Part shown: piece by piece, positions 29,437 to 43,794 of the stretch | How positions within the stretch are numbered: the first letter of the stretch is position 1 | Layout: every line of letters starts with the position of its first letter | From: Utricularia gibba | Taxonomy: Eukaryota > Plantae > Magnoliophyta | Direction of reading: 5' to 3' | Length of the DNA: 64,000 nt | Assembly (NCBI GenBank): GCA_002189035.1 | Contig: NEEC01000011.1 | Coordinates: 1,426,001-1,490,000, forward strand | The notes under the pieces: generated by a model | Seen by the model: the letters and a program-made list of their open reading frames with translations, nothing else | Database searches by the model: none | What the model was told of the DNA's origin: nothing | Program-made: the position numbers and the translations under genes

Positions 29437-30382
29437 GAATGATACAGTGAAACCAACCTCAGAGGACACGTTTGGTAATTGGAGCAACTCTCGGGTTTAT
29501 GAGAGAAATCGGTCAGAAGCCATAATGGAAAGTTCTCTTTCTTCAACTTGGCATTCATGTGGCTAAACAAAGAGTACAATGACGAGTTTCTGAAGGTTTT
29601 ATGATTAGAAAGATCTTTCCATCTTCTGGAATTTGGACGAGTTTTTGAAGGTTTGGGATTCAAATGCGGAGAAGAGGCAGAAGAAGGGAAGGGGTTTAGT
29701 TTTAAGAAGCAAGACACAGGGCAGAAAACTGGATGTGACAATTTGCATGGGGTCGCCATTGTTTTCTTTGTTCATACTTCTTTCCAGTTCTTTCTTCTGA
29801 TTCCCATGCAAAACTGAATCCTCCAACAGTTTCACAACCAAGAAATACCCCTCCCCACTGCATATGAATCCTCCGACAAACCAGGCACTCGATAATGTTT
29901 TAGATTTCCAATACTAGGGAATGATGCTCTTCTCGTAGTCCCATGCTCTGTGATTTGATTGAAATGGAAGATTAGAATCCGGAGAAGGAATCTCCCATCC
30001 CTCCTTGTTTCTCGTTCATTTCTTCTTCTGTAGAAGGTGTAGCTCCGTACACCCATTAATGTTCATGGAACAAGCTGGCAGAAGCATAAAACAAACCATG
30101 AAACTCCATAAAGCTTGATACTTAACAGCTACGTCTGTCTATGATCCATAGTCTAAAGAGCACAGTCTATGCAGGATTAGCTTTGTCGAGAGCTGAGATT
30201 CTCTCTGTGTCCCAAGCGAGAAAAGCAACAAACAATGGAATAGTGAAGAACAGAAAACACAGACCTAAATCAGTAACCATTTTGCAGACTTTCCCTCGCT
30301 CTGTACAGAATTCACCGCAGCAACCACCACAGATCTTGAGGTTCTTCAGTCAGATCCAGATTTCTACCTCTCTCCAGCAGAA

Positions 30383-30571
30383 TTACAATCTGGAGAAGAT
30401 GCGTGAGTAAGCGTACCTTAAGCGCGGATACATCCTCCCAGCCTGCGCTCTACTCTCCTTCCAGATCATCTCCATTGTATCCACGAACAGATTTAAGCTT
30501 CTGATCGGAGGGATGTAGAGCGTCAATGGAGCCGCAGAGAAGGCCACCGCGAAGAACAATTCTATCACCAT
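30383..30571 (-). CDS. Small (62 aa) uncharacterised protein with a hydrophobic N-terminus
   Basis: MVIELFFAVAFSAAPLTLYIPPIRSLNLFVDTMEMIWKESR... starts at an ATG after a spliced-leader-like region. The PLTLYxPPIRSLNLFV motif resembles conserved small plant proteins (recollection, not searched). Confidence 0.65.
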   Translation of the reverse strand: MVIELFFAVAFSAAPLTLYIPPIRSLNLFVDTMEMIWKESRAQAGRMYPRLRYAYSRIFSRL

Positions 30572-30850
30572 CTTTTAGCGTCGGATCCGAAATTGAAATC
30601 ACCGTGGGCTGTGGATTCGATTGTTGTTTATCTGCTGAAAAAAAAAATCAGAAACAAATCGAAACACCAGGCAAGGGGCTCGTGAGCCAGACAAAACCAA
30701 AACCCAGAAGCATCAGGAAGGTTCCATTTCTTCTCCATTAAAAAAAAAACACAAAAAAAAACAAAAAAAGAAAAAGAAGATCACAACAGCACTCGGGCCG
30801 GGTCGAAGACAAGGGCAACCCGCAGATTTCAGTGAATTAGGGCACGTACT

Positions 30851-31270
30851 TAGGGGTGATTATTAGGATTAACCAAATTGAAACCCAACTGAAATCGAAC
30901 CAAATTAATAAACGAATAAGTATATAAATTGATAACTAAAACCGAATCGAATTAAATTAGATTCAAGGTTAACCGAATCAACCATTTTTTTTAAAAAAGA
31001 ATGTTTAAACAGGAGTGGATATTGGATTTAATCAAAATCAAACTGATAATCAAATAAATGTGTAAATTAATAATTGAAACCGAATTTAAAACGAAACATA
31101 AAATTTGTTCAATTATCTAAAAAAGATTAATTCGATAAATAACCAAATTAATCGATAACCGATATATGCCAAATTTTACTAACCGAAACCGAACCGAATT
31201 TTTCGGTTTCGATTTGATACATTTCGATTAATCAGTTTTTTCAGTTATTAATAGAAATTTGCTCATCCTA
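30851..31270. mobile_element. hAT-type MITE with AACCGA-rich subterminal repeats
   Basis: Termini TAGGGGTGAT... and ...GCTCATCCTA; many AACCGAA/TTCGGTT motifs. No 8-bp TSD recognised. Confidence 0.6.
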
Positions 31271-32000
31271 GGCTTAGAATTGAATCGATAATAATTGGTT
31301 TGGCTTAAATGGTTATTTGTATTTAAAATTGAAATAAATAAAAAGCTAACAATTTAAAATCCACCAATTTGGAAAAATATATTGACTGGTAAATTGAAAT
31401 CGAATTGACTAATGGTTTCATCCAATTGAGTTAGATTTCGAGGATTATATTGATTAATAAACGAAAAGCAATTAATTGATGAAATCCACGCTGGATTGAC
31501 AGACAAATTGTAGCAGCCAATTTTAATTTTAAAAAATTTATTCATGAAAACCATTTATGGATAGCATTATAATTATGCGTATTATATTAGGATGTGACTG
31601 CTATTCAAAATTTAATGGAATTTGATAATTAGAGAATATTTATTTATTAAGATATTTTTAGACATATAAATTCTCTAAAAACAAATCCATAGTAATAAAT
31701 CCAAAGAACAGGGCTCTTTTGTTAAAATAAAAAAGTTGGTGTCCATTTTGTAATAAATGAAATTATTTTGGTGTATGCAGGTGGTTTGTCCGGTGGTCCG
31801 TAGGTACACTGCAATCGGCGTTGTCGATATGTTCCCCCCTTCGGTGACTGATTCTCAAGAGGATTGAATTTATTCGTCGTGCACGTCTATTCATTCGCCT
31901 CTTCTTCTACTCAGTGAAAAGGGCAAAGGCGTGCGTGTTCCCCAGTTGATGCCGCTGACGTGGAACGATTTGCAGCGCTTGGCCCTGGCGAGGCGAGGAG

Positions 32001-32601
32001 ATGGATGATATGGGAGAGGAGGATTTGCCAAGAGATGCAAAAGTTGTTCAGGAAGTTGGGTATCGGTTTGTAGTTGATGTGCTATCTGATGCCCAAGTTC
32101 AGTCAGAGCACGCTAGGAAGTCTATGGTAGATTCCGATGCTCTAAAATTGGCTCTTCATTCTGCAGTAAATTTCAGCTTCTCTCAGCCTCCTGATGCAGT
32201 TAGTCTCTGATTTCAGTTGGCTCGGTTGCTGTAGCTTTCATATACTAGCCCCTGATGCATAACTCATCACTGTTTGATAGAATGGGTAAGAAGCGTATTA
32301 TGGTTTATGCTTTGAAACTACATCTTGGATCTTGAGAGCACTGGTGAGGCTTGAGAGAACTCGTTCCCAACAGAAATCTATCTCCTGCCCAGGACCCTCC
32401 CACTTCTGATCACTCCAAGTTATCAGCTTCCCATCCCAAAGACACATATCAGCTCAGCCAGCGTAAAGAAACAGAAGATGATGAAGATGCTGTGGGGTTA
32501 TTGGAGTGAGTACGAATTCCTCTGTCTTGGGGCGGGCAGACATGAAGCAAGGGACTTCTCAAAGAGTTGCTATCGCACTTGGGGGAAAGAAACCAAGTTG
32601 A
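32001..32601 (+). pseudogene. TAF9: TAF9 (TFIID subunit 9) pseudogene
   Basis: [12 protein letters not shown] / [18 protein letters not shown] / [17 protein letters not shown], then ITPSYQLPIPK, KETEDDED and QRVAI in shifting frames. About 20 aa of the histone fold are deleted, the donor is apparently lost, and there is a stop at 32208-32210. Confidence 0.85.
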
Positions 32602-32758
32602 GTTTCCTGTAAGAACCTCTGTCTCTGCCAGTTCAAAGACCTGAGTTTAACCTGGCCGTGCAATTATTGTGCAGAGACTGCTGAGCAGGGTGCATTCGAA
32701 TCATCAAACTTTCGCATTGTTTTACGTCAACAACAACTAGCCTTCTGAATCACTGCAT

Positions 32759-33399
32759 TCAACCTAAGCTACTCATTTTTCCTATTGCATCGTCTTCATT
32801 CTTCCTATTACAGACCGAACCATCAAGATCAACCAAGCTTATTAAACTTGGAATACAACTCCCAGCTCTCTTCAGCTCAATCTTCCCTCTCCTGCCTGCG
32901 TCTGGGCTGTCCGGTGACCGCAACGATCGGGGGCTGTTCGGCGTCGACCTCAGTGATCTCGGACTCTCTAAGCTTTTCCTCAAGACATGGCTCATGGCTC
33001 GAATGAGGTGTATTCCAGGATCCTGTGGTGGCTTAGATGCCCGAACATTGCTGCAGAAGCTCAGATGCCGCGCCATGGCTTCGTCTGGGCTGATAAGGTT
33101 TTCGCATCGGCTTGCTTCGTCTTTCACGGCCTCTGCACAAAGCCCACATATCCATTTCCCGCCGTACCTTGAAAGAACCAGACACATTTCAAAATTGAAA
33201 ACAGTGCCTATTAGTACAGTATGGATGATAATATCTACCTTTGCCTGACGCCTTCAATGTACGGAAGTGTGCATTCTTCAGAAAGCCCACAGCAAGAGCA
33301 TTTCACAAAATCTACCTCAGTTTGCGACGGAACCTTGTTGAGTTCACTGTCGGAAACCGGGGCTAGAACCGCGGAATCGCCAATTACGGCAGCCGGCAT
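32759..33399 (-). CDS. DUF1677 family zinc-binding protein; exons 33399-33239 and 33167-32759
   Basis: EVDFVKCSCCGLSEECTLPYIEGVRQR|YGGKWICGLCAEAVKDE; GT-AG phase-2 intron; TATA-like TATATATA at 33665-33674. Confidence 0.92.
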
Positions 33400-35387
33400 C
33401 CCTAGAAACACACAAAGAACCTGGAATCAAACCAGCATTTTAACAGATACAGAGATCGATTCGCCGAGTAAAATCCGTAAATCTTCCTCAAACCTTGTGA
33501 TGTCTAGCAGTAACGCGCATCCGAAGAACCCTAAAATCTCAAAATTTGGGGAAAAAAAGAATGAATCAGACTTCAAGGACTCGAAGCAGAGTGTTACTAT
33601 CCATGATCGAGAAGAAGAAACTATCTTGAAACTCGGCCTCCGTCAGTGGCTGGTGGGCCGGGGGTATATATATAAGCCATTGGAAAAATCAAGATAAAGA
33701 ATTATTTTTTATTCAGAATTTCAAAATACAATTATTTCTGCGTCGGTCAATGATTCGATGTGGCCGTTGATCAAACCACCAACCAATAACAAAAGGGCAC
33801 GTGGCGGACCACGGTCCACAGTTAATACCATCAACCAATCCTCATGAATTCACAACGACCCTCACCCAACCCATTGAATTTTCAAGTGGACGTTACGGGG
33901 CGTGGTGTTTCTACTTTTCCAAACGTTCACATTTCCATGAAAAGCGGTTTCCAGTTCCTATCCCTATATTTTTTTATATAAAAAATAAAGTCATTTTATA
34001 AAATTAAATATTCAAAATAATAGTAATTAAGGACAAGGAAATGATCCGGTCTTAGGGTCCTTGACTAACATGTATCATATAGTGTGGAGTATTGGACTAC
34101 GCTAGAGTGTACTTACAGGCTAAATATTCAGGTTTGAAATATGGATCCGTCGTAGGCTATTTGGCTACCGGTACGGTGGAGTGTCGTGCAGCTAATCATA
34201 AATCCCCTACACTTTTATTTTCAAACGTATTACATGCTGTAATTGTCATTCATATACCTATATATTCATTTTCTATGTAATTATTTTCATTCTTAGTAAT
34301 AATGAGAATATCGTAATTAATTCACACTTTTCATATCTAATAATTACAATTAGAATGATATTTAAGATGGTATACTATAGAACACTTATTAATAATGCAT
34401 TTTAATCACATAGTTCATAAGATTTAGTATTATAGATTATGGTGAAATACAATTCCATGTATTAGATGGATTCAATTAATTTCATAATATTAAAGTACGT
34501 TATTATTTTTTTAAAAAATACTTTAATTATGTATTAGAGTATTTTAAGATAAATTTAATTAATTCTGTGGTGATAAAAGTGCAATATTATCCTTATTATT
34601 TCAAAAATATTCTTACTTTGATTATATATTACGAATAGTGTAATAATATTACATATAAATATAATCATAAAACTTTTTTTTACAAAATATATGATAAATA
34701 ATTCTTTATTATATAAGATTATTTACAAAACACACTCATGTTTTCAAATTATTATCTTTGTGTAAATCAATCTCATTAGTATTTAACACCAAAACATTAA
34801 AATATTCTATCAAATAAGGCCTACGTGGTAGTTACGACCTATTTGTAGTTATAGTTATTTTCATTATATGATAATGAAAATCTATATTGTCTATCATATA
34901 GTAAAATTTTGAAACTAAAATTTATGACATGAGATAATAAAATATTGAGAATGCTTGTGATAGAATTACGATCATAAAAGAATATTTAATTTTTTCATTT
35001 ATTAGAAAATATTTAATTTAGCTTTTCACAGCAAATACATAAGTAAATCTTTTTCAACAAAGGGGAGGACGTGAGAACTACTTGTTAGGATCTTAAATGG
35101 CATTGGCTTCGGACCACATTGAAGGGAATAAAATGACAACCACTCGCTATTAAATTTGTTCTTAGTAATTTGGAGATTAATTTGTACTGAATTAACAAGA
35201 TTTACATCCAAAATTTGGGGAGTGAACTTTTTTTTAGTGTTTTTCAGATTATGAGGATTATTTACCAATTTGAAAGTTTTTCTTTTTTTTTCTAATAGAC
35301 TAAACCAAAAAAATTAAGATTAAAATTGGCTATTTTTTTCATACATATCTCACTTTTTGTATTTTTGAAGTTGTGCTTCAAATGATG

Positions 35388-35730
35388 TAAAATAGAATTA
35401 GTTTTGAAATATGTAAATAAAAGCAATTTAAATTATAAAAATATTTTGTATGATAATATAAAATTATATTATAAATTTAATAAAATAAATTATAGATAAC
35501 AAATGTTTAATATTTAAATTATTATATAATTTAATGTTATACTTATAATGTATTTTTAAAGTAGATAAAAAATGAATAATATAATTTTTTAATTAATTTC
35601 TTATTTAATTACTTAAATAAAAACTCAAGAATTTCAATAATTTTGAAGTTAATCACAAAATTTGAACTTTTAATTTTAATACATAATAATTTAATATTAA
35701 ATTTTTAAAAATTAAATAGAATCATTTCAT
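35388..35730 (+). repeat. AT-rich dispersed repeat, copy 3
   Basis: Colinear with 16078-16410 (AAATAGAATTAGTTTTGA...AATCACAAAATTTGAA...AAAATTAAATAGAATCATTTCA). Confidence 0.65.
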
Positions 35731-36344
35731 GAAATTATGTACGCATAACTCATGATGACCAAATATTAAGATCAAAATTAACATTAAAGATGATTAATTT
35801 TATCATACATATATTTCTAAATCAATCTAATCATCCTCACATTTTTATTGTTTCTCAATCATTATTAGTAGTTAAAATCTTAGTTATTTAGAATTAGAAA
35901 GTGAAATAATTCAATGAAAAATAATTTGGTTTATATATTTCAGTTTTTCGATAAATTTGTTAATTGAACATGGCCAATTTCAATTAAATGTTATTAATTT
36001 TAATAATTTATATTTTTTATAAAAAAATGATTAAATCCATACATAGCTAAATATGATTGACCAAGAGTCATAACTTTGGGATATATGAAACTAAAGTGAC
36101 TCTATTTTTGTTATATTAGTTATTTATTTATTAAAAAAAATGGGAATTTAATATTAAAACGTCAGCCAGAAAAAGACTTGCAGGTTATCCCCACTTGACA
36201 CCACCCCTGGCCCTGGCTGCTTGTGTTTGATCTAAGCCCAACTGTGTGAGGTGGACGCTGCACCCGTCAATTTGGAGGTGGAGGAGTCGTCCAGGTCTTG
36301 TTCTCTCCCCAGCAGATTTTCCCGCATTCCCATTCTCCTCACCG

Positions 36345-38719
<2,375 letters not shown>

Positions 38720-39006
38720 AAAAATATGCACACCGTTTTTCTCGTTGTGGGCAAACTCTCCCAGTGACCCTATTCTGGAACATTGTTACTGATTTGAACT
38801 GGCAACAGAAGTACCATGACACGGGAATACAGCTTCGGACACGGCGAGTGTCCAGTTACCTACCTTATCTGGTCGACGCAGGGAATCTGGCGTCTTAAAG
38901 CAAGTCCCATGAGGGGTTGACTGACGCAGAGTTTATTTGAATAGTCAATTTGGACAGTCGGATGGCCTAAAAGCGAACTCGTTGGTGGACACGCCAAGGG
39001 AAGTAT

Positions 39007-39014
39007 CTATAAAT
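39007..39014 (+). promoter_or_regulatory. TATA box of CYP94B
   Basis: CTATAAAT about 60 bp upstream of the ATG at 39071. Confidence 0.55.
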
Positions 39015-39070
39015 TCAGACACCGCTGCCGCCGCTCACACCATATCATTACAGCGGAACTCGTAGAAAAA

Positions 39071-40579
39071 ATGGTTCTTTTTCTTGTCCTTCCTATTCTT
39101 TTGTATTGCTGCTGTTCAAGAATCGGTAATCTCATTGGACTCCATGGAAGTGATTGGCGGAGAATAGCCTCAGCGATTCTGGGTCGGTGTTTTCCGAGAA
39201 CGAGCTCGCTGGTTTCGTTCTACAGGAACCGCCGCCGCCTGCTGAGCTGGTACACGGAGCTCTTAACTCAGTCACCAACCATGACGATTGTCGTCCACCG
39301 ATTCGGCGCACCGAGGAATGTAGTGACAGCAAACCCAGACAACGTGGAATATATTCTAAAGACGAATTTCGTCAACTTTCCCAAGGGGAAATCGTTTACG
39401 GATGTCCTCAGGGACTTTCTGGGTGCCGGAATTTTCAACGCCGATGGGGAGATGTGGAGAAGGCAGCGTAAAGTGGCGATCCATGGGTTCACGACCAGGC
39501 GTTTGAGAGAATTCTTCTGCGAGGTTCTTGAGGGAGAGGTGGATGAAAGACTAATCCCTGTTCTCGAAGAGGCTGCTGCGAATGGCAGAGTATTGGATCT
39601 ACAGGACGTTTTGAGGAGATTGGCTTTCGATGTTATATGTAAAGCGTCGTTGGGGATGGACCCATTTTGCCTGGATCTATCTCGGCCGCCGCCGCCAATC
39701 ACGAATGCATTAGACGCCGCGTCGGCGATATCCGCCAAGCGCGGGCTGTCGAGTATGTGGAGGATAAAGAAAGCATTAAATGTGGGCGGGGAGAAGGAAT
39801 TGAAAGAAGCGGTGCAAATCGTGAATGGGTATGTGGAGGAGATGATGCGATTGAAGAAAGAATCGATGGAAGACAGGGGCGGCGGTGATCTTATGTCGGA
39901 ATTTCTGAAGTCGGGTTTTAGTGATGAAGTGGTGAGAGACATGGTGGTGAGTTTTCTGATGGCAGGGAGGGACACCACCTCCGCCGCCATGACGTGGTTG
40001 TTCTATCTGCTGGTATCTCACCGGAAAATCGAAAACGACGTCTTAGAGGAGGTGTCAGCGATCTCCGGCGACGGTGGGAGATTCGGATTTGATGACCTTA
40101 GAAAAATGAATCTTACTAAAGCTTGCCTATGCGAATCGATGAGGCTTTACCCGCCGGTGGTCTGGGACTCTAAACACGCCGAAAACGACGACGTCCTGCC
40201 GGACGGAACTTGGATACGAAAGGGCGATCGAGTGACGTATTTCCCGTACGGAATGGGGAGAATGGAGAAGGTGTGGGGTGAGACGCGTCTGGAATTTATT
40301 CCGTCGCGGTGGTTGGACGAGAATAGCGGTGGTTTCAAAACGGTGAATCCTTACAAGTTTCCCTGTTTTCAGGCAGGGCCCAGGGAATGCCTTGGGAAAG
40401 AAATGGCTTTCATACAGATGAAATACGTGGTGGCGGCGGTTCTCCGACGGTTCGAGATAACGCCGGTGAGTTCTCAGCCGCCGGTTTACGTGCCGATGCT
40501 CACGGCGTGCATGGCTGGCGGATTCAATGTTCGGGTTCGACACCGATTGCCGAATGACCGGAATCCCGCCGCCGCTTAG
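39071..40579 (+). CDS. CYP94B: Cytochrome P450 CYP94B-type (fatty-acyl / JA-Ile omega-hydroxylase clade), intronless, 502 aa
   Basis: NPDNVEYILKTNFVNFPKG, I-helix AGRDTTSAAMTWLF, ESMRLYPPVVWDSKHA, VTYFPYGMGRME and the heme motif FQAGPRECLGKEMAF. The subfamily call is from motif similarity. Confidence 0.92.
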   Translation: MVLFLVLPILLYCCCSRIGNLIGLHGSDWRRIASAILGRCFPRTSSLVSFYRNRRRLLSWYTELLTQSPTMTIVVHRFGAPRNVVTANPDNVEYILKTNFVNFPKGKSFTDVLRDFLGAGIFNADGEMWRRQRKVAIHGFTTRRLREFFCEVLEGEVDERLIPVLEEAAANGRVLDLQDVLRRLAFDVICKASLGMDPFCLDLSRPPPPITNALDAASAISAKRGLSSMWRIKKALNVGGEKELKEAVQIVNGYVEEMMRLKKESMEDRGGGDLMSEFLKSGFSDEVVRDMVVSFLMAGRDTTSAAMTWLFYLLVSHRKIENDVLEEVSAISGDGGRFGFDDLRKMNLTKACLCESMRLYPPVVWDSKHAENDDVLPDGTWIRKGDRVTYFPYGMGRMEKVWGETRLEFIPSRWLDENSGGFKTVNPYKFPCFQAGPRECLGKEMAFIQMKYVVAAVLRRFEITPVSSQPPVYVPMLTACMAGGFNVRVRHRLPNDRNPAAA

Positions 40580-42468
40580 AACTTGATTTTTTTATTTTTC
40601 TTTAATTTTTTATTTTTATTATTACTATTGGAATTTTGTGACAAGTATTGCTCTCTGTTACCCAGATTTAAGATTCCAGATTCTAGATTCACAGAATACG
40701 ACATTGGATTCCCATGTACAAAATTCATATTTATGAAATTACAAAAACGAATAATATTATTAAATAGTTAAATATTTTAAAAATAAAAATCAATAACAGT
40801 TCATACAGGATTAAATAAAGGAAAATAAAATGGTTAGTCTACATAGCAAAGTCCAAACTAAAGACAAAATTAGAATTAAAAAATCTAATCTTCCATATCA
40901 TATTGAACTTCATCCTCATACATATTTGAATCATTAGAGTGATTATTCTTTTCACTTAAATCTTTTTGCTTATTTGAAATTAACTCTTCAAAAAGGAGAT
41001 ATAATAATATCACCAGAATCACCTTTAAAGTACCACAAATTTGTATCACATATATTATATTTTAGAAATTCCAAGACTAAATATTCATTTGGGCTGGAAA
41101 TTACCTCTTTGTCTAAGCAGGCCTGAGAATGTTCTGACCCAGCCCAAATCCAGCTCTAGTTCGTGAAGAGATGTCCAGATTCATCAAGACTATAAATGGG
41201 CATTTTGAACTGATGGTTAAATCAGTTTTTCCTCTTGGCAGAATAAGAAATGAACGCCTTGCAAGACTTTACGAACTAGAGGTCATTGACTGGTTGCCAA
41301 GACCTGTTTCATTTGGATTTTCATAAGAACTTGGTGAAAGGGAAAAGTTATTCAATTTGGTGTGATTAGCACCCGTGGTTTTTACCAGTTTGGTTTTCCA
41401 CATTAAAAATTCTCGTGTTCTTCCTTTTTTTGCCTTTCGTTTGGTTTTCTTTGCGTTTGTGTTGTTCCTATTGATGTGGAAAACTACCACAAATTATACA
41501 ACATATTCAACACATTTAGAAGTCAACTGATATCTATTTAATGAATAAATTATCTTCTACGTGTTCCAACTTCATTCACATATTGAGAAGGAATGGATAT
41601 AAATAATTAATTTTAAAGCATTGAATTGTTAGAATTTTTTTACCCAAAATTACCAATCATTTAACCCATGATAGTTTTAGTTTTATAAGATAGAATTTTA
41701 TCAAGATTTCCAAAAAATAACTAATAAACTTTAAAAACTCACATTTTGTAGAAATTAAATCACTTATGTTGCTAAAATAATGTCTAAAACCTCACCAATC
41801 AATGCATCACTATTTTCATTGACTTGTAATGTTACCAATAGGGGATGTTCTTTCTTCCATCATGTATTTGAGTCAAATTTTGCTTCATTCCATGCAACAT
41901 AATGTTGTGTGCAATATTTCAAAATATACTCTCATCATCATGAATATTTTTTTTTCAAAGATGTAAATATTTTTCTAACACTATAAAACATATATATTAA
42001 ATCAACAAAGGCATAGGGAATCTGTATTCTAAACATATCATATATTAAATAATCAAATGTTATGAGTTTACTAATAATATCCCAAAAGTCTTTGTTTAAA
42101 ATAATATCATCAATACATCAATAATATAACACTAATATTGACTAGTCAACACAGTTTTCAACTTTTATTTAACTATCTTAAATTGATTAGTCACAATAAT
42201 AAGAGAATAAAAATATGTTTCTATCATATTCACTAACTTCAATATAAATATTTCTTAAATAAAAACTAAGTATTATTGAATATATATTTTTTGAAAAAAA
42301 ATGAGGGGTGATATAGCAAAATGGGTTTGAATATATATATTTTTATATTTTAATTTCTTTACACAACATATCGTAAATCAAATATGAATTCAAATCTTAT
42401 TTGTAAGGGATTTGCATTTGAAGTAAAAAAAAAACATTGAATTTGGACAAATAAGTATTGTTGTATTA

Positions 42469-42542
42469 TACTCCAAATCAAAATGAAAAAAATTGATCAA
42501 AACTAGAGTTTTGATCAATTTTTTTCATTTTGATTTGGAGTA
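42469..42542. repeat. Perfect inverted repeat: 36-bp arms with a 2-nt spacer
   Basis: TACTCCAAATCAAAATGAAAAAAATTGATCAAAACT-AG-AGTTTTGATCAATTTTTTTCATTTTGATTTGGAGTA. Confidence 0.95.
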
Positions 42543-42902
42543 GTTTTGAATTCAACTTCAAATTTGAAGGTTTTACGAAGTTAAAGAGGGTGTTGTGAAA
42601 ATAATGTTTTAAAATCAATTTCAGCTCATTCTTAGATTTATTTATAATTTTAAATGGAATATTTTTAATATTAAAAAATTAAATTTAATATGCATAAAAT
42701 TTTACATTTATTTTAATTTTCACAAAAATTATTAATTTTAAAAATTATGAATTTAAATTAAATCAAATCTAATATAGAATTTTAAAATTCTATGAAAGCT
42801 TACCGTCCATCCTACGCGGTTGCTTCATGCTGAATAAATAAAACGCGTTCTCGGTATGGGCCGGCCGTTTTCCTTCTACAATGTTCTCGAGTCAGGACCC
42901 TC

Positions 42903-42910
42903 CTATAAAT
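42903..42910 (+). promoter_or_regulatory. TATA box of the SRC2-like gene
   Basis: CTATAAAT about 90 bp upstream of the ATG at 43000. Confidence 0.55.
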
Positions 42911-42999
42911 CCCCAAATCGAACCGGAGAGGTCTTCGTTCAATCCCTAGCGAAGGCTTCTTCTGTTTTTTCTCGAAATTCGCGGTGATCTCGCTTGAGT

Positions 43000-43794
43000 A
43001 TGGAGTACCGGCCGTTGAAGGTTACGGTGGTGTCGGCGGAGGGGCTGAAGGACATCAAGCTCTTCGGGAAAATGGATCTCTACGCGGAGATTTCTCTCGC
43101 TGGCTATCCACAATCTTTGAAGAAGACATTCGTTGACAAGAACTGCGGATCCAATCCGAAGTGGAATTTCAAGGCGGAGTTTATCGTCGATGAGCCTTAT
43201 CTCACAAGGCCTGGTCTCTCGCTTCTGGTCCGGATCAAGGACGATGGCACTTTCGGTGATAAGACCGTTGGATCCGTAACCATCCCTGTTCATGACCTCT
43301 TCCGCCCTGATTACGCCGAGAATCACGTTGTTGAGTACCAGGTGATCACGTCATCTGGAAAGCCAAAGGGAACGCTCATATTATCCTATACGTTCGGGGA
43401 GAAATTCACTCAAACGGCTCCGGAACCTAAGCATAAGCATCTCCCGGAGGAGCCAGTGACGGCGTATCCAGCAGCACCTGGAGCGTACCAGGCGCCTCCC
43501 CAGGGGATGGGTTACCCCCCTCCGCAGTATGCTCAGCCGTCTTATGCGCAGACCAGCGGCTACGGGTACCAGCCTCAGCCGAATTATGCTTATGGTGCTC
43601 CTCCTCCAGGTGGGTATGCTCCCTACGCGCAGCCGCCGCGGAAGAATAAGATGGGCGGGATTGGCGGCGCCGGTCTGGGATTGGGTGCTGGGTTACTGGG
43701 AGGATTGCTTGTTGGAGAAGCTATATCCGATATCGGCGAATCGGCAGCGTATGCCGATGGATACGATGATGCTATAGGCGACTTTGGATTCTAG
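43000..43794 (+). CDS. SRC2-like C2-domain protein with a Pro/Tyr/Gly-rich tail, intronless (264 aa)
   Basis: MEYRPLKVTVVSAEGLKD, VDKNCGSNPKWN, GDKTVGSV and GKPKGTL; PPQGMGYPPP tail; GLGAGLLGGLLVGEAISD end. Confidence 0.93.
   Translation: MEYRPLKVTVVSAEGLKDIKLFGKMDLYAEISLAGYPQSLKKTFVDKNCGSNPKWNFKAEFIVDEPYLTRPGLSLLVRIKDDGTFGDKTVGSVTIPVHDLFRPDYAENHVVEYQVITSSGKPKGTLILSYTFGEKFTQTAPEPKHKHLPEEPVTAYPAAPGAYQAPPQGMGYPPPQYAQPSYAQTSGYGYQPQPNYAYGAPPPGGYAPYAQPPRKNKMGGIGGAGLGLGAGLLGGLLVGEAISDIGESAAYADGYDDAIGDFGF

Noticed and set aside
39268-39990. Long antisense ORFs overlapping CYP94B, TS, TRM and ATL
   Set aside because: Expected shadow frames of GC-rich coding sequence with no independent evidence.
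41157-41279. 13-bp imperfect inverted repeat enclosing a TATA-like word and small hairpins
   Set aside because: No USE element or recognisable RNA family, and too short to be significant.
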